Shown in pieces: positions 23,192 through 34,252 of a stretch of 64,000 nucleotides of DNA (its first letter is position 1; the number at the start of each line of letters is the position of its first letter). Source of the DNA: Anthoceros angustus (lineage: Eukaryota > Plantae > Anthocerotophyta); assembly GCA_010909165.1 (NCBI GenBank), contig VJWM01000187.1:186001-250000 (forward strand), given 5' to 3'. The position numbers and the translations under genes are program-made. Under the pieces are notes generated by a model, which saw only the letters and a list, made by a program, of their open reading frames with translations, searched no databases and had not been told where the DNA came from.

Positions 23192-24154
23192 TTATGCTAG
23201 CTTTGACATGTCTAGGCGGGTCTGGTAATGGAAGGTCACCTTGAGCTGGACACCTGGTAGATCATGGTTTCTCAGCTGGTGGAGCTTCTCGTGGAGCTTG
23301 TGGGTCTCTGTTTCTATGACAAGCAAGTGTTTGTGTACCTTCATTTGGAACTGATCCCTAGCTTTCTTGTCGACGTGGGGTGATCTGTTGATTGTAAACA
23401 GGCTTCGTCGGGCTGGCAACCCGGCGCTGCGCACATTGGTCAGCCTCCCTGGCCGGATCTTCTCGAAGGACTTGATGTGGACATAGACCTTGGCTGTGTG
23501 TGACCGAGCTTTCTTGAAGTCTTCCAGGGACTTGTTTAACTCCTCAGCCAGCTCTGCCATCTTCTGCTTGGCTTCTTCCGACTTTGATATCTCTCGCTCT
23601 TCTGGTTTTGTGAGTAGGTCATCGGGTGTGGATTGAAGAGTTGCACCTGTTGCATCATCAGACTCCACAGCGTGCCCTGTCCCTGCTATCATGCCCTCAT
23701 GCTCCGCTGATGTGGTGGACGCTGCTTCGGCATGCAGAACGCCAGACGAGGCCGAGTCTCCGGCCTGTAAGTCTACAACATCTGTGGACGAACCTTCCTC
23801 TCCTACAGCTGGGGCTGGCACATCCTCGTCGGAGGTCGAGGAGGAGCCGTCTTCAGCCCCTGAAGCTGTAACTGCCAAATCTTCAAACTCTCTTGAAGAG
23901 CCCTCTTCAGCCGTCACAGGCCAATTCCCACCGTCCAATGCAGAGGCTTCCACCACAGCAGCTGTCACTCCAACCTCTGCTAAATGGCCTTCATCCGAGC
24001 CAACCGAGTTCTCCACGTGCTGTACTTCTAAACTGGGATCGTCCGTGCCTGTTGTCATCAACCTGATGCACAATCCCTGTTCACGCCCCCTTCTCCATCC
24101 ACCTCCATGCCTGCCTCCAGCCGAGAAACCTAATCGTGTTTCAGGAATCAACAC
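23192..24154 (-). CDS. rps10: Mitochondrial-type ribosomal protein S10, nucleus-encoded, with long acidic N-terminal extension (true start probably in upstream exons)
   Basis: The C-terminal ~100 aa ([10 protein letters not shown]...[43 protein letters not shown]...[14 protein letters not shown]) resembles land-plant mitochondrial RPS10, including the HEL/RK...GAQY-type tail, rather than the plastid or cytosolic forms. Confidence 0.88.
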   Translation of the reverse strand: MLIPETRLGFSAGGRHGGGWRRGREQGLCIRLMTTGTDDPSLEVQHVENSVGSDEGHLAEVGVTAAVVEASALDGGNWPVTAEEGSSREFEDLAVTASGAEDGSSSTSDEDVPAPAVGEEGSSTDVVDLQAGDSASSGVLHAEAASTTSAEHEGMIAGTGHAVESDDATGATLQSTPDDLLTKPEEREISKSEEAKQKMAELAEELNKSLEDFKKARSHTAKVYVHIKSFEKIRPGRLTNVRSAGLPARRSLFTINRSPHVDKKARDQFQMKVHKHLLVIETETHKLHEKLHQLRNHDLPGVQLKVTFHYQTRLDMSKLA

Positions 24155-24750
24155 ATAGTCTCAGCTCCTCAATTTCCATCACATCCTCAAACGAATGAAA
24201 CATGCTCAATCACGAGAGCTGGATCCAGAAGCTCACAAATCCCTCAACATTCACCTGCAAAACTACACCCCAATTTATCCACAGCAGTCCCTTGCCGAGC
24301 CTGGATCAGCTCGGCGCCTGACTGGATCCTCTCCCTGCCACAAAAACCGTGATCACAGAACCTCCCACCAAGCTCCTCCCCACAAGCTTGCTCCACGAAA
24401 GCAAAACGTCTGACAAAAATCCTTTTGACATACCACCCATTCTCCACCCAACTGTGCAACCTTCCCGAACCAGCTGCTGACCTCGATCCCTCATGCTTGC
24501 ACGCATTGCCTGCAAAACACCGTCACCCAAACCGCCATCACCCACAAAGACGAGAGTCCTCGGACACAACATTTCAGCTCCTGGCTACTCACCTATGCAA
24601 TGAAGAAGGAGCCGGTGAGAACCTCGGCCCCACATGCTTTTCACCGATGCTTGGTAGAGCAGCGATTCCAATTCAGGAATCGCAGACTCGGGAACACCTA
24701 GGATGATTATAAAGGTGAATCCAAGTGAGGCAGGCCCTATTCCCGGAAGC

Positions 24751-24760
24751 TAACCCTAAA
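24751..24760 (+). promoter_or_regulatory. Telo-box-like element in the divergent rps10 / SRP40 promoter
   Basis: TAACCCTAAA with AGGCCC nearby (24732). Telo-boxes are typical of plant translation and ribosome-biogenesis genes. Confidence 0.4.
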
Positions 24761-24945
24761 CGCGAACTCTGGACCTTCCTTTCTGGAAGCTCGAGACTCC
24801 GATATGAATGAGGCGGCAATTTCTGCCGCGCACTCTGCGCCTGCATCTAGGCCTAGTCGAGGCAGAATCCGTTTCCTCTTCCGCAGCCTGTCCCCCGCGG
24901 ACTCCTGGGCAGCAGGGACAGGAGGGCCCAATCTGCGATCCAAGA

Positions 24946-27875
24946 ATGGCTGTGGAGGCTGATGCAGAGGCCGCGGCTTTCGTCGAATACCTGCGGAAGC
25001 GCAACCTGGTGGATACTCTGGCTGCCTTCAGAAAGGAGGCGAAGCTGGTGAGTGTGTGGATTCGATGGTATTGGTCGTTTTTCCTCACCTGATAGCCGAA
25101 GGCAGGAGGGGCTGATTTGATTTCTGGGATGTGGTGGAATCTGCAGCCGGAGGAGGTGGACGGGAGCATCCCAGCTCAGCCTGAAGCTGCTGGGTATGAT
25201 GTCTGAGTGCAGAGAGCCATGCTAAAATTCAGGATTCGATGTTTGTTGTATGCGTGTTGGTTAGCTGGTGGCCTAATTCGAGGCTGGGCTGACAGGAAGA
25301 GCTCGAAAAAGAGGAAGCCGACTGCTGCTGCCACGGAGGGGAAGTCAGTGTCCGCTGCTGGTTCCTTGGGGGAAGTTGAGTTATTCGGTGGCATGAATGG
25401 AGCCAAAAGCTCAGTGGGCGGCCCTGAGAACGGTGAGAAGGAAAGATCGAAGAAGAAAAGAGTGAAGCATGATACTACGGTGGATGCCAAGGCTGCAGAT
25501 ATAGCCAAGTGGAAGAAGGTTTTTGCCACGCAAAGTTATGATGATATTCAAGTCGAGGATTCTCCTGCGGCTGATGTTGGGATAAAGGAAGAGGTTTCCG
25601 CAGTTGATATTTCCGTTAGCAAGGGACAGAAGAGGGAGAAGAAGAGTAAGAGCCTTGACGTAGGAGAAAGTGGAGTAGTGAAAGAGGGAGAGAAAGCCGT
25701 CGCAGTGGATGGTGAAGTCAAGGTTGCAATCAGTGATGGTGGAGCCAAGGTAAGTAAGAAGACCAAGAGCAAGAAATCTGGGAAATCTGAAGCTCAGGGT
25801 GTTTTAGGCAGCATTGTCCCTGACACGGGTGCCGATGCTAAGGTGTTGACAGAGGCTTTCCCAGCTGGTGTTGAGACTGCTGATGTAGGTGCAGCAGCGC
25901 AAGCTGGTGTTGAAACTGCCGATGGAGGTGCAGCAGCGCAAGAGGCAGCTAAAGTGAGCAAGGATGAGGTAGTGGTAAAGGGTAAAAGCAAAAAAGCTCA
26001 AAAGACTAAGCCGGGTATTGTTGACCCTGTGCTAGCTGTTGACGGTGCGGCGAAGGAATCTCAGGAGGTGAAAGAGGATGTTGAGATGACACGGGTTGTT
26101 GATTCTGCTGTAGGGGAAGTTGCACATGCGGCGGACATTGAGGGGAAGAAAGGAGGCAAGGTGCAGAAGGGGAAGAAGGGGGAGGACATTGTAGCAAAGC
26201 CTCCTGAAGGTGCCCCAATTGTAACCACTCCATTTGAAATCACTCCTGGAAATGGAGCAGTTGAAGGTGATGTGGAGATGGTTCCTGTAGATGATTCAAA
26301 GAAAGAGGCAGGTGGTGATGTAGTACACCGGGGAGATGCGAAACCTGGAAAATCAAAGAAGGGCAAAAAAGGGAAAGGGGAGATAGATATTCTTGATCAA
26401 AATGTTGCATCTGGAGATGTGCAAATGGCTGAGCCTGCATACGACGCCGAGAAGGCAGACTCCAGAAAAGCTCTGAAGGTGGAACCGGAGGAAGGGGAGT
26501 TAAAGCAAACTGAAGGAGAAGTTGCAGGAACTGAGGCTCCAACGCCCACGCCCTCCAAAAGGAAGTCAAAGAAGGCCAAGGAGGGGGAGAGCAAGATAGC
26601 TGACAGTGTGGGTGCGATTGCCATTGCTGAAGCTAATGCTGTTGCTGATGTTCAGGCAAGGGCTGATGAAGTGGTGGATGCCCACATGCCGGTCAAGGAC
26701 GAATCAGCAATTGCAGTGCACGAATCAGCAATTGCAATTCCAACCTCCTCTAGGAAGAAGTCAAAGAAAGGAAAGGATGGGATTACAAAGTCAGGAGACA
26801 AACAGGGAACAGGCTCTTTTCCTGAAGCCCCTGTTATTGCAAATGGTTTAGTAAAAACACATGAAGCAGTGGATGCCAATGGATTTGTGCCCACGTCTGA
26901 GGAGAACGGATTACAGAAAAATGAGGTTACAGCTCCAGCTCCCTCTAAAAAAAAACCGAAGAAGGGTAAGGCCGGCACAATTGGGTCCTCAGCTGAGGGC
27001 TCTGACCCTGCTGTTGCTGATGTGGAGGCCAGGGCAGATGACATGGTTCTAGCTAGCGAAATGGGGATCATAGCTAAGGATAAAAAAAGGAAGAGGAATG
27101 ATGAGGATGGGAGGAAGGAGGAGACTGCTGCTGGCGCTAATGGAGTAGATGATGGGATTGAGTCTGTTCCTAAGAAGGCAAAGAAGGATAACCGAAAGAC
27201 ATTGGAAGTAAGGTCTTTCATCAAGTTTGTAGGAACGCCTGGAGTTGTGGTGGTGTTGATTCTTACAAACTGATGTTTAGACGTGTCATACCTGTGCAGA
27301 ATGCTTTATCGAGGGGTTTCAAAAGGGTAGATCCCACAAAGGTCTGTGAAATTTGGAGTCAGATCTTGCCTTTGGAAGTTGCAGGGTGTCAACATCTGTT
27401 TGGAATTGGATTATGAAATCCCCACTAATGACGCATACTCTGGACGCAGGTGGAGATCCTGGACCCCCGGCTGACCGATAACTCCTACTGGGGCAAGGTA
27501 CAAAACTCAAAAGGCCCAATCACGGTCGTCTGATACGGACATGGGGAATGTACCGCTATTTTGGCTCGAGCAATGCCGACCGTTTGCTGATTTGGATATT
27601 GCTTGTGGTATGAAGGGTGGAGCGGAAACTGGGTGGGGAGCGAAAGCGGAAGAAGTCCTAGGGAAAGTGCGGGGAAAGTAAGTGTTCCCAGCTCTAACGG
27701 TTTATCTGTTTGGAGCTTCCCGTGTCCATTTTGTGCCAAAAGTGCTGACAACCCTTTGCTCCCTGGCAGAGACTTCCGGCACGAGAAAACAAAGAAGAAG
27801 CGGGGGAGCTACAAAGGGGGTGCCATCGACTTGCAGTCTCACTCCGTGAAGTTCAGCTACCCGGATGATGAGTAG
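24946..27875 (+). CDS. SRP40/Nopp140 (NOLC1)-like nucleolar protein: LisH-like N-terminus, Lys-rich low-complexity centre, SRP40_C domain; multi-exon
   Basis: Exon 1 is MAVEADAEAAAFVEYLRKRNLVDTLAAFRKEAKL. A long exon lies at ~25295-27207. The terminal exons read FQRVDPTK | VDPGPPADRYSYW-like DPRLTDNSYW | GWGAKAEEVLGKVRG | DFRHEKTKKKRGSYKGGAIDLQSHSVKF. Confidence 0.9.
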
Positions 27876-28096
27876 TGAGGCTAATGATAATGAAGAACAG
27901 ACGTTGCGGAAATTTTCTAGTGCAGCTGGCGGAACCAATCATGTAGACACTTGAGTCTGATTCTTTTTTTGAACAGTTTTGTATGACTTTGTCAGGGACT
28001 CCATCCCAAAGGCACTGACGCTTGGGGTACAGTACGTCCACTGGTTCAGAAGGTTTCAGGCGATGGCATAATAGACCGGACACTGGGCGCATATAA

Positions 28097-28220
28097 CATC
28101 TTCGTCGAAACCCTAAATCCTACAACGCGCATGTAATATCTAATTCCAAAACCCTAAATTTACGCCACCTTCCCTGCCGCTTCGTGGTATATCAAGCATC
28201 TTGTTGAAACCCTAAACCCT
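28097..28220 (+). repeat. Three AAACCCTAAA telomere-motif (telo-box-like) copies, two of them inside a degenerate ~100-bp direct repeat
   Basis: AAACCCTAAA at 28108 and 28149, AAACCCTAAACCCT at 28207. CATCTT(C)GT(C/T)GAAACCCTAAA at 28097 and 28197. Confidence 0.7.
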
Positions 28221-28224
28221 TCCA

Positions 28225-28762
28225 TGCATTCCACCATTGATCACGCTGCGACTTTTTCTATCCCGACCTGGAGGCATGCGAGCAAATGAATTCAGCAAGT
28301 GTATTTCATGAAGTATACAAGTAAGTATACACCTTTGCTAGACAGCCACACCTTCATCCCCTTTGCCATTGAGACTCACAGGGCTATGGGCAAGGATTCT
28401 TCCCGGCTCATTAAGGATTGTGTTAAAGTCTACCACAGTCGTCGGAACAGGGTGGATGTCCCTCTGTCTTCGGTGGCGGCTTTCTTTCGATAGCGGGGAT
28501 TCATCGCCCTGCAGAAGGCGTTGGCCAACGCTATTTACTGGATGGCAACGAGTGCAGGAGACGTGGCGTTATCGGCAGCATTTGTAGATAGGCCTTTCCT
28601 CGTCTCGGACAACGACATAATCGGACCAGTAGGTAGCTTCGAGGTTGGCATTCAAGGGGGCTAACCCCCAGGCTCTTGCCTCTTTAGTGAGATGTCCCCC
28701 CTTAGTTTATGGTAGATAAGGTTTCCCATCTACTCACTTTAATAAAGTTTCCATTCTCGCTT
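28225..28762 (+). mobile_element. 5'-truncated non-LTR retrotransposon fragment with restriction-like endonuclease C-terminus (CRE/R2-group-like)
   Basis: KYTPLLDSHTFIPFAIETHRAMG...VAAFFR*RGFIALQKALANAI fits the K..KY...F.P.A.ET.G..G ... QR.S.ALQ...A.AI tail of RLE elements. A short 3' UTR with AATAAA (28741) follows. Confidence 0.68.
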
Positions 28763-29740
28763 TCATAAGGACATCACAGATTTTTTCATCAAACCTCTAT
28801 TGAGTTTTTTGGACTCTACTTCCTCACCTTTTATGCTCAATGTATATCCATATTTCGCTTATGCATCTGTTCCCACGCATATATCCTTAGAATATGCTAC
28901 TTTTGGGAATAATGCAACATCTGTTTCTGATGGGTCATTAGTATATCATAATGTGCTTGATGCGCAGTTAGATGCATTTTACCATGCTATGATCTCAGCA
29001 GGGTTTTCATCTATTAATATCCAAATATCGAGCAGGATGGCCTTGGAGGTGGTGAGAACACAATCAGTGCAAACATAAAGCTGCAGCTTCATATAATCGA
29101 GGCTGGTGCAAAAGATGATGGCATCGGAAGGCACGCCATTGAGACCTAATGAGTATATCAAACATTCATTTTGCTCTCTTTAATGAAGATTTAAAATGGA
29201 GCGATCTGAGCAACATTTTGGAGCATTTTATCCGGATAAAAGTCCATTTATGCTCTAGATTGGTGGTCAAACAACCAATTACAATGATCCACCCGCTAAC
29301 TCAAGTATGGTACCATTATGGTGTGTAGCAAATCCAAGCTGCATCACCAAGAACTTCAAAAGGTATACTCTTTGCATGCGGTTCGGAGTGATTGATTGCA
29401 AGCCCGTTCAAGTAGGGGTGCTTGTTTGGATCAAATAATGTTCAAGCCCATGCTTCATGGGCCTTCGACTCATATTGGGCATTAGGAACAATTTCACGGA
29501 GCCAAGGACACATGTGACTTTAACAAAACAGCTATACTTACTATTGATCCAAGTAAGTTCTCAATTCCTTTATGTAATCACTTATTTTATGATGCATTGA
29601 ATATATTATTGAGTTTTTATTTTATTTTATTACTAACAATATCTACAAATTATAGGCACATCAAGTTGTATCTATCCTCATCGATTGGCAATGCTCCTCT
29701 CACTACGACCTCAACTTCATATCCGATCCTTTAGATCTAT
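28762..29740 (+). pseudogene. GH17-X8 glucanase, 5'-truncated first array copy
   Basis: Starts mid-domain (DITDF.IKPLLSFLDSTSSPFMLNVYPYFAY) directly after the RLE element and continues through X8 (WCVA, GACL, AHASWAF, TCDF). Confidence 0.85.
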
Positions 29741-30197
29741 ATATATCTATGATGTTTTTCTCGTGTTCATGATAACACGTACAAACTTTAAATTGTTGCT
29801 CATGTAACTCTTGAGTTTGGTTGTTCTAGTTAGAGCTATTCTATTTCCCTATGTTCCAACTCTTTTAGGTTGGCTGTTTTAGTTGGAATAATTCTATTGA
29901 TATATTTTATTTTATTACTAACAATATCTACAAATTATAGGCACATCAAGTTGTATCTATCCTCATCGATTGGCAATGCTCCTCTCACTACGACCTCAAC
30001 TTCATATCCAGTCCTTTAGATCTATATATATCTATGATGTTTTTCTCGTGTTCATGATAACACGTACAAACTTTAAATTGTTGCTCATGTAACTCTTGAG
30101 TTTGGTTGTTCTAGTTAGAGCTATTCTATTTCCCTATGTTCCAACTCTTTTAGGTTGGCTGTTTTAGTTGGAATAATTCTATTGATATATTTTATTC
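29626..30197. repeat. ~285-bp tandem duplication of the last glucanase exon and 3' region
   Basis: TTTTATTACTAACAATATCTACAAATTATAGGCACATC...TTCTATTGATATATTTTATT occurs twice (from ~29626 and ~29910). Confidence 0.9.
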
Positions 30198-30289
30198 ATT
30201 ATTCTATTTACGTATCTCCAAGACCTTGCGTCCTATGTGACCGCCGCGTGACTTTATCTTCACACCTTGATGGTGGCGGTGGTACCGCA

Positions 30290-31060
30290 TTCGCGATGCT
30301 TTAGAAATATTGTTACAACACAGATACATCTAAAACATAGAAGAGACATCGAATCGAGTGCATGAAAGAAATTATGGACGACGAGAAAGTCGCACTCCAT
30401 ACAAGTCTTTATGCCTATGATTTTGAGAATGTAGCTCATCCACGACTAAGCTATGCACCATCCGCCCTTGTGTGTCCACAGGTTTGACTGCATTGCTTCC
30501 ATGCCCTCGCTCTTTTCTTCTCGCATCCATGCCGCAAAATCTTTCTTTTCAAGCATCACCGCTTCATGGAAAGCAAGGCATCCCACCTCCACATTGCTCC
30601 ACTTTCGACAAAGCACCCGGCGTGCACATCATGCTTTCTCTCTCATTCTATGGACCAAGTCGAAGGCGCCTCACTCTCCCTTGGCGGCAATAGCACGCAA
30701 TGAGGCGTTCAGGTCACAAGGCTTTTTTCGAGACAACGTATCAAACACTTGTTGTGCGTCAACAAGGCTCCCAAGCTTCCCTACTTGTTAGTCAAATTGT
30801 CTACAAACAAAGTTGGTTTGCAGGCCTTGTTCTAGTATCTGAACATGTACGTGCCTTCCAAGATGCAGAGCTGCTACGTTTGCGCATATATGCTTGGAGA
30901 ATGTCGAGGAATCAGGTACCGCCATGCCTTCAAGCTTGTAGCATACCCCTGTTGAAAGGAAGGTCTTCATGCGGACCCCCTGCCCTCCTCATAGGCACGG
31001 GTCCAAGTCACCACATCTTTTTGACCAAGTCCATCAAAACTGCCTCCGCACCCCGCAAGC
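30290..31060 (-). pseudogene. PLS-class PPR (E/E+) gene fragment, first array copy
   Basis: Frames give FDGLGQKDVVTW, HLGRHVHVQILEQGL, GSLVDAQQVFD, FDLVHRMRE. Confidence 0.75.
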
Positions 31061-31559
31061 TGGCCTCCCTTGTGTGTGGTCTTGACTCGAGATTACCCGT
31101 TGATAAAACTTAAAGTCGTGCCCAAACTTTCCGCCAATGTATAGTGATAAAGGACACGGTCCTCAAATGTCGTGAGCATCTTTGGTGAGTTTGAAGGATA
31201 AGTTGCACATGAGTTTGGAGGATAAGCAGTGGACACTCATCTCAGCTCTAAAATCTCCATAGAAAACAGCACAAAACTATCCGGAGCTTGTCACCGACGG
31301 CTAGGAAATAGCTGACCGAGCAAGGTAATCAACCAACTAATGCCAAACAAACCGAGACTAGTAAGAGCGGGCGGACAAGCCCCCTTGTGGAGTGCCAAAA
31401 CCGATGTCCGCACTCCTGGCGACTGGTTTTAGGCTTGTTTTGTTTTTTTTTGGGTCGTTACTGTTAAGGAGGATAGGGAGGAGTTAGCCAATAAGGCCGT
31501 TTTGGCCAGATTGCACTTAGAGTGCAATCCCTAACCATGGGTCCGTTGGGGCGCGAACA

Positions 31560-31890
31560 GGTCCGACGGAGTGGTCCGGTCGAGGTCCGACGGAGTGGTC
31601 CGGTCGAGGTCCGACGGAGTGGTCCGGTCGAGGTCCGACGGAGTGGTCCGGTCGAGGTCCGACGGAGTGGTCCGGTCGAGGTCCGACGGAGTGGTCCGGT
31701 CGAGGTCCGACGGAGTGGTCCGGTCGAGGTCCGACGGAGTGGTCCGGTCGAGGTCCGACGGAGTGGTCCGGTCGAGGTCCGACGGAGTAGTCCGGCCGAG
31801 CGGCGTTCGACGGAGTGAGTCCGGCCGAGCGGCGTTCGACGGAGTGAGTCCGGCCGAGCGGCGTTCGACGGAGTCAGTCCGGCCGAGCGG
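31560..31890. repeat. 24-bp GC-rich minisatellite (AGGTCCGACGGAGTGGTCCGGTCG x9+) followed by a 29-bp variant x3, in the U3 region of the solo LTR
   Basis: Perfect period of 24 nt from 31560 to ~31790, then GAGTGAGTCCGGCCGAGCGGCGTTCGACG-type units. Confidence 0.95.
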
Positions 31891-32194
31891 TTACCATGAT
31901 CCAGGGTTAAGGTACATACATAGGTGGGTAGATTAGGGTGTTGGGGATATAAAAGGGAGGCCCGGCGTGCAAGAGAGGAGGCTATCCCGGGTACCATCTT
32001 CGCGCTCCGTGTGCTCTTGCCTTCCGTGCTCGAGGAGCGGAGTGAGTTCCTGCGTCACCGTGCAGGATTAATTGGTGGTAGAGGGATGTGTTTAGAGCTC
32101 AGTGACGAGCTCCGCCAACACGCTTGATGGGTGCAGACCGGGGTCGGACTGAGCTCGGGAGGTGCTCGCGGTGATTTCTCGGGTGCGGGACTAA

Positions 32195-32500
32195 CCTTGG
32201 AGGCTGGAGCGGAGGTTGTGGGGTTGCGGTGTGAAGCTACTTCTCCATGAGCGTGAAGCGGCCCGGAGGGATTAGGGCGCTTGGGGTGACTCAGGCGGAA
32301 GCCATCCTTGGAGGCTGGAGCGGAGGCTGGAGTTGCGGTGTGAAGCTACTTCTCCATGAGCGTGAAGCGGAGGAGGCGAGGAGGCGCTTGGGGTGACTCA
32401 GGCGGAAGCCATCCTTGGAGGTCTGGAGCGGAGGCTGTGGAGTTGCGGTGTGAAGCTACTTCTCCATGAGCGTGAAGCGGAGGAGGCGAGGAGGCGGAGT
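32195..32500. repeat. Three ~110-bp degenerate tandem repeats inside the solo LTR
   Basis: CCTTGGAGG(T)CTGGAGCGGAGG...GTGAAGCTACTTCTCCATGAGCGTGAAGCGG occurs three times. Confidence 0.8.
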
Positions 32501-33289
32501 TGCAGTGTGAATACATCGGCGTGTTGGTCTTTTGTGACTACTAGCCGGGATGGATAAGGGAGGAGGGTCGCGTTACGGCGTGTGTGTTGAGGTGGAGTTG
32601 TGTGGTCCGACGGAGTGAGTCCGGCCGAGGTCCGGTGGTTGCGTGTGGTCCGACGGAGGCAGCGTCGTTAAACTGTTCGGTAATCTTGGAGAAACCCAGG
32701 CGGGGTTTGTGGGAGGTCCGGTGGTTGCGTGTGGTCCGACGAGTTGTGGAGGGCACACACTTAGGGTTGTGGAGCCGGACCCAACATGATGAAGTCCGTT
32801 CGGTGGCGGTTGTAGAGCTCGAGGCAGAATAAGCACGAGACCATTCCCTTGGGAACGGACTCCTTCCTACAACGACACGGGATTGTGCGCGCCCGGCTGG
32901 CCATCAGCAAAAGTCGCGCCACACCCCTATAGCCAAGTGGTGATGGTCCGAGTTTTGCAAGTCTATCAAAAGAACAACGTGTGCAGAGGGCCGAGGAGAT
33001 CAGCACAAACCCCATGGTCAACCTTAAGGAGGCTCAACGATCCTTCAAGGGAGACTTGCGGAGGTGAGGTCACATGACGACCTTCAAGGAGGACATCCAA
33101 CAAGCTGTTGGGCATCAAGCAGCCATCGGAGGCCCAAACTGCAGGCAACAAATTTGAGAAATGAGCGTTAAGAGAGTCTAGGAGTCCAATATCTTTGCCG
33201 ACCCCTTGAGAACTTTGTGCAAGATAAGATGCTTTCAAGGTTAGGCTAGGTCGGTGTTGAAGAGAGCTAAGAGCCGAGAGGAGAGTTGA

Positions 33290-34252
33290 GAGGAGGCTAT
33301 CCGGGTACCATCTTCGCGCTCCGTGTGCTCTTGCCTTCCGTGCTCGAGGAGCGGAGTGAGTTCCTGCGTCACCGTGCAGGATTAATTGGTGGTAGAGGGA
33401 TGTGTTTAGAGCTCTGGTGACGAGCTCCGCCAACACGCTTGATGGGTGCAGACCGGGGTCGGACCTGAGCTCAGGAGGTGCTCGCGGGTGATTTCTCGGG
33501 TGCGAGACTAACCTTGGAGGCTGCTGGAACGGAGGCTGTGGGGTTGCAGGCTGCGAAGCCACTTCTCCGCAGAACGTGAAGCAGCCGGAAGGGATTAGGA
33601 GGCGCTTGGGGTGACCCTGCTGGGCGGAAGCCATCCTTGAGGCTGGAGCGGAGGCATGGAGTTGTGTGAAGCTACTTCTCCATGAGCGTGAAGCGGCGGA
33701 GGGATTAGGGCGCTTGGGGTGACTCTGGGCGGAAGCCATCCTTGGAGGTCTGGAGCGGAGGCATGGAGTTGCAGTGAAGCTACTTCTCCATGAGCGTGAA
33801 GCGGAGGAGGCGAGGAGGCGACTGGTGTGAATACATCGGCGTGTTGGTGCTGTGACTACTAGCTGGGGATGGATAAGGGAGGAGGGTCGCGTTACGGCGT
33901 GTGTGTTGAGGTGGAGTTGTGGCCAGACAGAATTGAGGAGCGCTGGAGCGCTGGAGTACGCAGACTGACGGAGGAACGCGTCGTTAAACCTGTTCCGGTA
34001 GTACTGGAGAAACCCGGGCGGGGTTTGTGGGGAGGTCCGGTGGTTGCGCGTGTGGTCCGGTCGGTCCGAGTTGTGGAGGGCACACACTTAGGGTTGTGGA
34101 GCCGACCCAACATGATGAAGTCCGTTCGGAGTGAGTCCGGCGGCGTTGTAGAGCTCGAGGCGAGAATAAGCGAGACCATTCCCTTGGGAACGGACTCCTT
34201 CCTACAACGACACGGATTGTGCGCTGGCCATCGGCAAGAAAGTCGCGCCACA
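33290..34252 (+). mobile_element. Second, 5'-truncated copy of the solo LTR (3' ~950 bp), part of a ~1.3 kb local duplication
   Basis: GAGGAGGCTATCCGGGTACCATCTTCG... matches 31975 onward and ends in AAAGTCGCGCCACA + CCCCTATAGCC, the same right junction as at 32923. Confidence 0.85.

Larger units (their letters stand above)
31386..32923 (+). mobile_element. Solo LTR (~1.54 kb) inserted into the LINE-like fragment of one array unit
   Basis: Termini TGTGG...CCACA, flanked by a CCCCT direct repeat (31381-31385, 32924-32928). All other units have the empty site GACAAGCCCCTATAGCC. TATA-like GGGGATATAAAAGGG at ~31943-31957. Confidence 0.88.

Noticed and set aside
28108-28220. True telomere or interstitial telomeric array
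   Set aside because: At most two consecutive CCCTAAA units. Reported only as motif copies.
31560-31890. CRISPR-like array or repeat protein (RRSGPVEV)n
   Set aside because: The units are head-to-tail with no unique spacers, the context is eukaryotic and no cas genes are present. The ORFs arise from a stop-free 24-bp period inside an LTR.
32966-34087. 373-aa minus-strand ORF
   Set aside because: It spans the LTR/LINE duplication junction and is a chimeric chance ORF in GC-rich repeats.
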